Source: Flavipsychrobacter sp. (GTDB lineage Bacteria > Bacteroidota > Bacteroidia > Chitinophagales > Chitinophagaceae). Taken from it: 64,000 nucleotides of DNA. Within the stretch, counting starts at the first letter, position 1. Each line of letters starts with the position of its first letter. The stretch spans positions 12,298 to 76,297 of the forward strand of contig DASWWE010000011.1 in the NCBI GenBank assembly GCA_036406055.1, given 5' to 3'. A model generated the notes under the pieces. It worked only from the letters and a program-made list of their open reading frames with translations, was not told the DNA's origin and made no database searches. Position numbers and translations under genes: made by a program. Of this stretch, positions 29,867 through 37,348 are shown piece by piece.

Positions 29867-29995
29867 CTACGGTAATACATTTGATGGCCCGCCAAAAAGC
29901 CATATTTCCAGTAGCATACCTAATAAGAAGGTAATCAGGAGGATACCTACGGTTTCCCAGGTAGCCTTTGCCTGGCGTTTGTTTTGTTGAGTCAT
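29867..29995 (-). CDS. possible small membrane peptide (42 aa), not in the ORF track
   Basis: My hand translation gives MTQQNKRQAKATWETVGILLITFLLGMLLEIWLFGGPSNVLP*: a basic N-terminus followed by one TM helix. It sits just upstream (in the minus-strand sense) of the bidirectional terminator. It competes with the 71-aa Arg-rich ORF 29838..30053 in another frame. Confidence 0.3.
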   Translation of the reverse strand: MTQQNKRQAKATWETVGILLITFLLGMLLEIWLFGGPSNVLP

Positions 29996-30233
29996 ACCCA
30001 TAAGTCCTGCAAATAACTGTTTCTTTAATATGGGAACCGAAAATATGTGACATATCTACTGTTTCCCGGGGTAAAATGGTTTCTCTTGACTCTTATCGAC
30101 TATATGGGTGTGATTGGCCTAGCAAGGTACGCAAGGCTCCAACATGATTATTAACTAAAAGTGAATTTAAATGGCATTTTAATTCATGTTTTTTCACATT
30201 AAAAAGGGATTAAAGCCGCTATACTTTTCTACA

Positions 30234-30779
30234 TTAATGGTTGAGTATTTCTTCGGGGTTGTGCTGTAGAAATTCAGCCACAGTATCGTACAATACGTTA
30301 TATAACTTATTGTCGTCCATTAGTTTAACAGTGAAATAGCCCACATCCATCGAGTAGTTGTTGAGGAGGTATATGGACACTTCGCTATCTAGTGCTACCA
30401 GCAGTTCCTTTAGCGGGAAGCCATCTTTCAACGACAGGTTGGTAGTATAGGCCACGCAAAGCTTTTGCTTGTCTGTAGTATGCAGCAGTACCTGCAGGCT
30501 ATAGGCCAGGTTGTGTGCCGTGCCTTCTATGGTATCGTTGGCGGCCAGTATATCGGCGTGCAGGTCTTCATAGTATTGAATGGCTGCGCGGCGGGCCTCC
30601 AGTGGCTGTTCGTGGGTAAAGCTGCGGGTGTGCAGTTTCCTTGTGCTATCGTCGGGTATGCCATCTTCGCCGGTTTGCCAGCTGGTGAGGGCTACCTTAT
30701 ATTCCGTAATCTTCATCTCTTCACGTTTTGCGCACCTGCCCTGAGTGCCCTTGGGCGCATAACAGGTGCTGTTATACAA
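30234..30779 (-). CDS. orphan hypothetical protein (181 aa, or 160 aa from ATG 30716)
   Basis: Open frame with no recognisable domain. A line I counted is about 62% G+C (30541-30600). MKITEYKV.. at 30716 is an alternative start. Confidence 0.55.
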   Translation of the reverse strand: MYNSTCYAPKGTQGRCAKREEMKITEYKVALTSWQTGEDGIPDDSTRKLHTRSFTHEQPLEARRAAIQYYEDLHADILAANDTIEGTAHNLAYSLQVLLHTTDKQKLCVAYTTNLSLKDGFPLKELLVALDSEVSIYLLNNYSMDVGYFTVKLMDDNKLYNVLYDTVAEFLQHNPEEILNH

Positions 30780-30833
30780 TCAATTGTGCCGGACTCCACC
30801 TATAAGTAATAAAACTTAATGCCAAAGAAGATT

Positions 30834-30960
30834 TTGTTGTGTTTTGTTGTGAATTTTAGAGTTTTGTTTTCGTGCTATTGAGCATCAATGATTTAAGTGC
30901 GGAATTTGTTGTGAAATGTTGTGTTTTGTTATGGTGGTGCGATGGGTCATTTTTGGTGGT
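30834..30960. repeat. phased TGTTGTG / TGGTGGT short direct repeats in an intergenic spacer
   Basis: TTGTTGTG at 30834 and 30844, TTGTTGTG at 30906, aTGTTGTG at 30916 (10-nt phasing within each pair, 72 nt between the pairs). Also TGGTGGTG at 30932 and TTGGTGGT at 30954. Confidence 0.7.
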
Positions 30961-30983
30961 TTTATTATAGCAAATATACGTTA

Positions 30984-31745
30984 TTATTTCATAAAAACAT
31001 ATTCATAGTGATAATCTAAGAAGCTTTTATCTGGTGTAAATTTTTCAGGCTTAGCAATTTCAGCATTTTCATATCTCTTAAAATAAGTGTCTATCACATT
31101 GTCATCTTCGCCATCAAGATACTTCGATATACAAATTTTAAAAGTCGGCAAAATAGTTATTAGCCCTCTATCAAAAGCTTTATCATGAAGAGCATTCAAA
31201 CAAAGTCCATTTTTAGGATTAGTTCTATTCAATTCATCCTTACTCCACGGTTTGATATGACTTGCTACCAATAGATTTATGTTCTTAATCCCAGTAATGC
31301 AACAAGCGTTATTATAATCTGCAAAAACAGCTTTTCTGAAAAAGCTTTGATATACTCTAGTTTTTACTAATCTTAATTTATCTACTCCTGTTGGCAAACT
31401 TTCTATATCCAAGTCTGCTAAATCATCGATTTGCTTTTGGTCATATTTTGCAATTAAACTAGTGCTTTCAAAAACGGCATTATTCCAATCCGAATGAAAT
31501 TCATTCCAAATCTCTTCATCAAGTTTACTTCTGTTACCTAATCCCTTTATGTTCCTCTTCTTTAATTCTGGATCAAGACTAGCGAAGTTTCCTAACTTTC
31601 TAGCAACCGCAGAGGGACTTCGCCCAATTAAATTTGCGACTCTTATAACATTCTCATTTCTTGAATGAGCATGGCCAAAAGGTATGCAACAATAAAGATT
31701 AAAAGCAATAATAGTCTGTTCTCTCGTCCACAAATCTCTTGGCAT
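30984..31745 (-). CDS. HNH endonuclease (HNH_2 / putative restriction-endonuclease type)
   Basis: C-terminal half CCITG..LLVASHIKPWS..NGLCLNALHDKAFDRGLITI matches the HNH_2 signature. N-terminal WTREQTIIAFNLYCCIPFG..SAVARKLGNFASLDP module. Two 60-nt lines I counted inside the gene are 30% G+C. Confidence 0.8.
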   Translation of the reverse strand: MPRDLWTREQTIIAFNLYCCIPFGHAHSRNENVIRVANLIGRSPSAVARKLGNFASLDPELKKRNIKGLGNRSKLDEEIWNEFHSDWNNAVFESTSLIAKYDQKQIDDLADLDIESLPTGVDKLRLVKTRVYQSFFRKAVFADYNNACCITGIKNINLLVASHIKPWSKDELNRTNPKNGLCLNALHDKAFDRGLITILPTFKICISKYLDGEDDNVIDTYFKRYENAEIAKPEKFTPDKSFLDYHYEYVFMK

Positions 31746-31831
31746 AGTGGTACTATTTTAAGCCAATTTAGCACTTAAAGTTTCCTAATGAAAGAAAGTT
31801 ACCCCGCTACCAAATCATTAATTTTACACCT

Positions 31832-32170
31832 ATGAGTAAGAAACATAAGGGCAGGCCCGATGGGCTGGTATATAGCACGAATAACGATTTTTATAATGAT
31901 TACCCGGAGGAAGCGGCTGCGGAAACGGCACCGAAGGATAAGCAAAAACTGCGGGTGAAGCTGGATACCAAGCAGCGGGCGGGCAAGGTGGTGACGCTGG
32001 TAGAGGGCTTTAGCGGTACGGAGGAAGACCTGGAGGCGCTGGGCAAGCAGCTGAAAACCAAGTGTGGCGCGGGCGGCAGTGCCAAAGATGGCCTGATACT
32101 GGTGCAGGGCGACTATAAAGAAAAAATAATAGCCTGGCTAAGGGACTGGGGCTATACACAAACCAAATGA
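31832..32170 (+). CDS. yciH: translation initiation factor SUI1/YciH family
   Basis: LRVKLDTKQRAGKVVTLVEGF..LGKQLKTKCGAGGSAKDGLILVQGDYKEKIIAWL. Confidence 0.85.
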   Translation: MSKKHKGRPDGLVYSTNNDFYNDYPEEAAAETAPKDKQKLRVKLDTKQRAGKVVTLVEGFSGTEEDLEALGKQLKTKCGAGGSAKDGLILVQGDYKEKIIAWLRDWGYTQTK

Positions 32171-32204
32171 TAAGCGTATTTTTGCGCCTCATATTGGCCA
32201 ATTA

Positions 32205-33167
32205 ATGATACAGGACATTAAAATACTGAACGAAAAAGAAACCCGCGGCGGATTTGGCGAGGGTATTGTGGAAGCTGCACGCAGGAACCCGAATGTGGTG
32301 GCACTGAGCGCCGACCTGGCGGGATCGCTGAAGCTGAACCAGTTTATAAAGGAGTTTCCCGATAGGTTTGTGCAGGTGGGTATTGCCGAGGCCAATATGA
32401 TGGGTGTGGCTGCGGGTATGACGATAGGTGGTAAAATACCATACACCACTACGTTTGCCAACTTCAGCACCAGCCGCGTGTACGACCAGATACGCCAGAG
32501 CATAGCCTACAGCAATAAGAATGTGAAGATATGTGCATCGCACGCCGGCCTTACGCTGGGCGAAGATGGCGCTACGCACCAGGTGCTGGAAGACATAGGC
32601 ATGATGAAAATGCTGCCGGGTATGACGGTTATCGTGCCTTGTGATTTTAACCAAACCAAAGCGGCAACGATAGCGATAGCTGAATATGAAGGGCCGGTGT
32701 ATCTGCGTTTTGGCCGTCCGAAATGGGCGAACTTTACGGCAGAAGACCAGAAGTTTGAAATAGGTAAGGCACAAGTGCTGGCAGAAGGTACGGATGTGAC
32801 CATCTTTGCATGCGGCCACCTGGTGTGGACGGCTGTAGAGGCTGCTAAAGAGCTGGCTGAAAAAGGCATCAGTGTAGAGCTGATAAATATACATACCATA
32901 AAGCCGCTGGATGAAGCTGCGGTTATCAAATCGATACAAAAAACAGGTGCGGTAGTAACTGCCGAAGAACACCAGATAAATGGTGGCCTGGGCGATAGTA
33001 TTGCCAATGTAGCAGCGCGCAATCATCCCGTGCCGCACGAATATGTGGCCGTGAACGATACCTTTGGCGAAAGCGGTAAGCCTGTAGACCTGCTGAACAA
33101 GTACGGATTGGGTAAAGGCAATATAGTAGCTGCGGTAGAAAAAGTGCTGCAACGCAAGAAAGGGTAA
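32205..33167 (+). CDS. transketolase, C-terminal (pyrimidine-binding) subunit
   Basis: TRGGFGEGIVEAAR.NPNVVALSADLAGS..FVQVGIAEANMMGVAAG..ASHAGLTLGEDGATHQ.LEDIG.M..LPGM.V..PCD. Only the C-terminal-half subunit is encoded here. Confidence 0.85.
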   Translation: MIQDIKILNEKETRGGFGEGIVEAARRNPNVVALSADLAGSLKLNQFIKEFPDRFVQVGIAEANMMGVAAGMTIGGKIPYTTTFANFSTSRVYDQIRQSIAYSNKNVKICASHAGLTLGEDGATHQVLEDIGMMKMLPGMTVIVPCDFNQTKAATIAIAEYEGPVYLRFGRPKWANFTAEDQKFEIGKAQVLAEGTDVTIFACGHLVWTAVEAAKELAEKGISVELINIHTIKPLDEAAVIKSIQKTGAVVTAEEHQINGGLGDSIANVAARNHPVPHEYVAVNDTFGESGKPVDLLNKYGLGKGNIVAAVEKVLQRKKG

Positions 33168-33172
33168 GTAGC

Positions 33173-33616
33173 ATGAACATAGCAAGACTGATAGGTGGAC
33201 TGTTGATATTGGTGGTAGCGTCTTGCGCGAGCCCTAAAGACCTGATGTACCAGGATGTGAAGAACTTCAGTGTAAAGAAGATAAGCCTGAACCCTGAAGT
33301 GGGTATGGATGTGCAGTTTTACAATCCGAATAAATACGGGATGACGCTGAAGGATGCAGATATTAACCTGTACATCAACAACACACTGGTAGGCCATGCG
33401 GTGATGGATGAAAAGTTTAATGTGCCGGCTGCAGATACCTTTCTGCTTCCTGTTAAGCTGATAACCGACCTTTCGGGTGTGTTCAACAATGCATTATCGC
33501 TGATGAGCAATAAGGAAGTAACGGTGAAGCTGCAAGGCAGTGTGAAAGCCGGAAAGGGTGTGCTGGTAAGGATACCCATCAGCTACGAGGGCAAGAAGAA
33601 GCTGAATGTGTTTTAA
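33173..33616 (+). CDS. LEA type 2 (NDR1/HIN1-like) family lipoprotein
   Basis: Lipobox LILVVASC. V.FYNPN.YGMTLKDADINLYINN..VG pattern typical of LEA_2. Confidence 0.65.
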   Translation: MNIARLIGGLLILVVASCASPKDLMYQDVKNFSVKKISLNPEVGMDVQFYNPNKYGMTLKDADINLYINNTLVGHAVMDEKFNVPAADTFLLPVKLITDLSGVFNNALSLMSNKEVTVKLQGSVKAGKGVLVRIPISYEGKKKLNVF

Positions 33617-33636
33617 TCACGATACTTTACAATAAC

Positions 33637-33664
33637 AGAAAAGGAGCCGATTGGCTCCTTTTTA
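33637..33664. terminator. bidirectional rho-independent terminator
   Basis: agaaAAGGAGCCgattGGCTCCTTtttac, between convergent genes. Confidence 0.75.
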
Positions 33665-33685
33665 CTTTTATATCATTACTGGATA

Positions 33686-34222
33686 TTAGAACTTGTTCTT
33701 CCACATCATACTCTCGATAGGCCTGTTGGGCTGATTGCCATATTTGGCGTTCGATTTCTGATTGTATTTCACCTCTATTTCACCTTCTACCGGGAAGTAG
33801 ATAAGCTGACCGATAGGCATGCCCTTGTATATTTTCACCGGTTGCTTTACAGATATTTCCAGTGTCCAGTTGCCGCAAAAGCCTACATCGCCCTTACCCG
33901 CAGTAGCATGTATATCTATACCCAGGCGGCCGGTAGATGATTTACCTTCCAGGAAGGGTACATGCGCATGGGTTTCGGTATATTCCATAGTTACACCCAG
34001 GTAAAAGATGTGCGGGTATAGCACAAAGCCTTCATCGGGTATCTCGAAAGTTTCTATGGTGTTATGCTTTTTAGCATCCAGTATATGTTCTTTATAAGTA
34101 GCCAGGGTGCTACCCAGGTGCACATCGTAGCTATTGCTGCCCAGCGACTCTCTGTTGTAAGGTTCTATTTTGATAGTCCCTTTCTCCATTTCTTCCAGTA
34201 TGCGCTTATCGGAAAGTATCAT
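33686..34222 (-). CDS. dcd: dCTP deaminase
   Basis: MILSDKRILEEMEKG.I.I.P......GSNSYDVHLG...FLEGKSSTGRLGI..H.TAG..D.GF.G.WTLE. Length 178 aa. Confidence 0.9.
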   Translation of the reverse strand: MILSDKRILEEMEKGTIKIEPYNRESLGSNSYDVHLGSTLATYKEHILDAKKHNTIETFEIPDEGFVLYPHIFYLGVTMEYTETHAHVPFLEGKSSTGRLGIDIHATAGKGDVGFCGNWTLEISVKQPVKIYKGMPIGQLIYFPVEGEIEVKYNQKSNAKYGNQPNRPIESMMWKNKF

Positions 34223-34240
34223 GGAGGCAAATATAATGTC

Positions 34241-34352
34241 AATTAGCTGATATGCCGATGAGGTGATTAGCTAATGTTTGTAATATGTGAATATTGAGGC
34301 GTGCTGATTAAATCGGTCGTCAGCTAATCACCACATTAGCTAATCAGCTAAT
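34241..34352. repeat. array of AGCTAAT/ATTAGCT motifs including an 11-nt inverted repeat
   Basis: aATTAGCTga (34241-50), GGTGATTAGCTAAT (34262-75), cAGCTAATCACC (34321-32), ATTAGCTAATcAGCTAAT (34335-52). GGTGATTAGCT and AGCTAATCACC form a perfect inverted repeat 49 nt apart. Confidence 0.75.
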
Positions 34353-34361
34353 TTTGATAAC

Positions 34362-35006
34362 ATGCCTTTATACAAAGAATGGAGCAGCGATAAGTATAGC
34401 CTGGCGGCAATATGGAAGATAGAAGAGCCGGAAAGTTTTTTCCTGCAGCGCACCGAGTTGCCTGTACCCGAAATAAAATCGGAGAAACGAAGGATGGAGT
34501 ACCTGGCAGGGCGCTTCCTGCTGAAGCATCTGAAAGAAGATTTTCCGCTGCTGAATATCAAGCCCGATGAGCACGATAAGCCAAGAATAGATAATAATGG
34601 CTACTACTTTTCCATCTCTCACTCATGGCCATATGTGGCGGCAGTGGTGAGCCCTTATGTAGAATGTGGCATAGACATACAGTGCTGGCACCCGCGTATG
34701 CAAGCGCTGCAGCACAAATTTCTGTCGGCAGAGGAACAGCCGTTATTCAAAAATGATAGCCAGCTAATAACCCTGGCCTGGAGCAGCAAAGAAGCGGCCT
34801 ATAAATGGCAGGGCAGGCGCGGTGTAGAATTTGCCGATCATATGCATATCAAAGAAATAGAGGAAGTTTCAGAGCATTTTAACATTAAGATATTCATGCA
34901 TTTAACAGACCCTAAAAGGGAAATAAATGCACAAGGCATTGTAAGAGAGGATTTTACATGCGCTTATATTGTGCATAACGCTATCTTTCATCCGTTCAGT
35001 AAATAA
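34362..35006 (+). CDS. 4'-phosphopantetheinyl transferase (Sfp-type)
   Basis: FSISHSWPYVAAVVS, GIDIQ and WSSKEAAYKW motifs. Confidence 0.8.
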   Translation: MPLYKEWSSDKYSLAAIWKIEEPESFFLQRTELPVPEIKSEKRRMEYLAGRFLLKHLKEDFPLLNIKPDEHDKPRIDNNGYYFSISHSWPYVAAVVSPYVECGIDIQCWHPRMQALQHKFLSAEEQPLFKNDSQLITLAWSSKEAAYKWQGRRGVEFADHMHIKEIEEVSEHFNIKIFMHLTDPKREINAQGIVREDFTCAYIVHNAIFHPFSK

Positions 35007-35078
35007 AACAATATTTTAATAATGTGTGATTTTTAAGGTAATTTGATTAAAAATTTGGCAGTTTGGTCAGATTAATTT

Positions 35079-35086
35079 TACATTTG
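35079..35086 (+). promoter_or_regulatory. -7 box candidate (TACATTTG) for glnN
   Basis: tacatttg lies with 16 nt between the box and the ATG at 35103. Confidence 0.35.
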
Positions 35087-35102
35087 CGTAAAATTTAATC
35101 TA

Positions 35103-37295
35103 ATGTCATCACTTCGTTATCTCGCTCTGCAAGAAATGGCTTCCGAAGAAAAAAAGGTAGCCCATTATGGTGGTAAGCGCATTACCAGCATGTTTGCCAG
35201 CAACGTATTTACCGGTCGCGCTATGCGCGAATACCTGAGCGATGAGGCTTACAAAAGCCTGATGAACTCGGCCAAATCGGGAACCAAGATAGACCGTAAG
35301 ATGGCAGACCAGGTGGCTGCAGGTATGAAAGCCTGGGCCGAAGAGCGTGGTGTTACCCACTTCACACACTGGTTTCAACCCCTTACTGGTACTACTGCCG
35401 AAAAACACGATTCTTTCTTTACCATTAAAAGCGATGGTACAGCTATTGAAATATTTGACGGTGATGCATTGATACAACAGGAACCTGATGCGAGCAGTTT
35501 TCCGAATGGTGGTATCCGTGCCACTTTTGAAGCCCGTGGTTATACCGCGTGGGACCCTTCTTCGCCAGCCTTCATTATGGAAGCAGGCCACGGTAAAACA
35601 CTGTGTATCCCTACCATCTTTATAGCCTACAACGGCGAATCGCTGGATTATAAAGCACCTTTGCTGAAATCTATAGCGGCGCTGGATAAAGCAGCCGTAG
35701 ATGTATGCCATTACTTTGATAAAAATGTAAGCAAAGTAACTACCACCCTGGGCTGGGAGCAAGAATACTTTGTAATAGATGAAACACTGGCCAATGCACG
35801 CCCCGACCTGGTAATGTGCGGCCGTACACTGGTAGGCCACTCGCCTGCCAAAGGCCAGCAACTGGAAGACCACTATTTTGGTTCTATCCCCGACCGTGTG
35901 TATGAGTTCATGCAGGATTTCGAACAGGAATCTTACAAACTGGGTATACCGCTGCGCACCCGCCACAACGAGGTAGCACCGTGCCAGTTTGAATGTGCAC
36001 CGATATTTGAAGAAGCGAACATAGCAGTAGACCACAACTCGCTGCTGATGGACGTAATGAATAAAGTGGCCAAACGCCACAAACTGAAAGTGCTGCTGCA
36101 CGAAAAACCATTTGCAGGTGTAAATGGTAGTGGTAAACACAACAACTGGAGCCTTGCTACAGATACAGGTGTCAACCTGCTGGCACCGGGTAAAACACCA
36201 CGTACCAACCTGATGTTCCTTACCTTCTTTGTGAATGCCATCAAAGCAGTACACGACCATGCAGACCTGATGCGTGCAGCTATCGCCTCGGCTAACAACG
36301 ACCACCGCCTGGGTGCTAACGAGGCGCCTCCCGCTATCATATCTGTATATATAGGTAAATACCTGACAGAGGTGCTGGATGAAATAGAAACAAGGGTGAA
36401 AGAGAAATTCAGCGAGCAGGACGAAGTGATACTGAAGCTGGACATCCATAAGCAAATACCGGAACTGCTGATGGATAACACCGACCGCAACCGTACCAGT
36501 CCGTTTGCCTTCACAGGTAATAAATTCGAGTTCCGCGCGGTAGGCTCATCTGCCAACTGTGGTTCGCCTATGACAGTGCTGAACACCATCATGGCGCAAA
36601 GCCTGAAAAACTTTAAACGCGAGGTGGATGCGCTGATAGAAAAAGGCGAGAAGAAAGAGATAGCCCTGATGCACGTACTGCGTAACTATATTGCCGAATC
36701 GAAGAAAATACGTTTTGAAGGTGACAACTATAGCGAAGCCTGGGCTGAAGAAGCTAAGAAACGTGGCCTGAACAACTTTAAGACAACGCCGGAAGCACTG
36801 GATGCTTTTGTAACCGATGCTGCCAAGAAAGTATTCTTTGATAACGGCATTTACAGCGAGCGCGAACTGGATGCCCGCCACGAGATATTGCTGGAAGACT
36901 ATGTGAAGAAAGTGCAGATAGAAGCGCGTATACTGGGTTATATAGCTACCAACCATGTATTGCCTGCAGCCGTTAACTATCAGAATGTGCTGGTAGAAAA
37001 CATAAAAGGGCTGAAAGAAGTAGGCCTGGGCGAAAGCAGCTACAAAGCGCAACTGAACCTGGCAAAAGTAATAAGCGGACACATCCAGAACATTAATGAT
37101 AATGTAGAAGCGATGATAGAAGCCCGCAAGAAAGCAAACAATGTGGATGATATGCACAAGCGCGCCGCAATGTATTGCAACGATGTGAAAACATACTTTG
37201 ATAAGATACGCTACCATGCAGACAAACTGGAGCTGCTGGTGGATGATAAGACATGGCCGCTGCCGAAATATCGTGAGCTGCTGTACTTACGCTAA
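35103..37295 (+). CDS. glnN: glutamine synthetase type III
   Basis: 730 aa. FTHWFQPLTG.TAEKHDSF, GWEQEYF, RTRHNEVAPCQFE.AP, HEKPFAGVNGSGKHNNWS, all typical of GS-III. Confidence 0.92.
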   Translation: MSSLRYLALQEMASEEKKVAHYGGKRITSMFASNVFTGRAMREYLSDEAYKSLMNSAKSGTKIDRKMADQVAAGMKAWAEERGVTHFTHWFQPLTGTTAEKHDSFFTIKSDGTAIEIFDGDALIQQEPDASSFPNGGIRATFEARGYTAWDPSSPAFIMEAGHGKTLCIPTIFIAYNGESLDYKAPLLKSIAALDKAAVDVCHYFDKNVSKVTTTLGWEQEYFVIDETLANARPDLVMCGRTLVGHSPAKGQQLEDHYFGSIPDRVYEFMQDFEQESYKLGIPLRTRHNEVAPCQFECAPIFEEANIAVDHNSLLMDVMNKVAKRHKLKVLLHEKPFAGVNGSGKHNNWSLATDTGVNLLAPGKTPRTNLMFLTFFVNAIKAVHDHADLMRAAIASANNDHRLGANEAPPAIISVYIGKYLTEVLDEIETRVKEKFSEQDEVILKLDIHKQIPELLMDNTDRNRTSPFAFTGNKFEFRAVGSSANCGSPMTVLNTIMAQSLKNFKREVDALIEKGEKKEIALMHVLRNYIAESKKIRFEGDNYSEAWAEEAKKRGLNNFKTTPEALDAFVTDAAKKVFFDNGIYSERELDARHEILLEDYVKKVQIEARILGYIATNHVLPAAVNYQNVLVENIKGLKEVGLGESSYKAQLNLAKVISGHIQNINDNVEAMIEARKKANNVDDMHKRAAMYCNDVKTYFDKIRYHADKLELLVDDKTWPLPKYRELLYLR

Positions 37296-37302
37296 TGAGT
37301 TG

Positions 37303-37336
37303 AAACGCCCCGCACTGTTGCGGGGCGTTTTGTTTT
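37303..37336 (+). terminator. rho-independent terminator
   Basis: AAACGCCCCGCactgttGCGGGGCGTTTtgtttt. Confidence 0.8.
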
Positions 37337-37348
37337 AAACCTTTTGAT

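Noticed and set aside
29838-30053. 71-aa ORF from the track (MSHIFGSHIKETVICRTYGYD...RTARRR).
   Set aside because: It is Arg-rich and unstructured-looking. The overlapping 42-aa frame gives a much more protein-like basic-plus-TM peptide. Neither can be confirmed, so only the shorter one is listed, at low confidence.
35057-35090. TTGGCAgtttggTCAG and TTTGCG upstream of glnN looked like a sigma-54 (-24 GG / -12 GC) promoter.
   Set aside because: The spacing between the GG and any GC dinucleotide does not fit the TGGCAC-N5-TTGC geometry. A TACATTTG -7 box with 16 nt between it and the ATG is a better explanation.
35109-36455. Very long antisense ORFs opposite real genes: 448 aa opposite glnN, plus 9228..10049 (icmF), 28754..29617 (fah), 32202..33185 (transketolase), 39678..40730 (T9SS protein), 50443..51561 (lipoprotein), 59219..60100 (clpC) and 45401..46072 (AAA+).
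   Set aside because: In each case the opposite strand encodes a protein with strong family motifs or signal peptides. The antisense products are rich in Tyr, His, Cys, Phe, Arg and Val and carry no motifs. Open antisense frames of this kind are a known by-product of codon usage.
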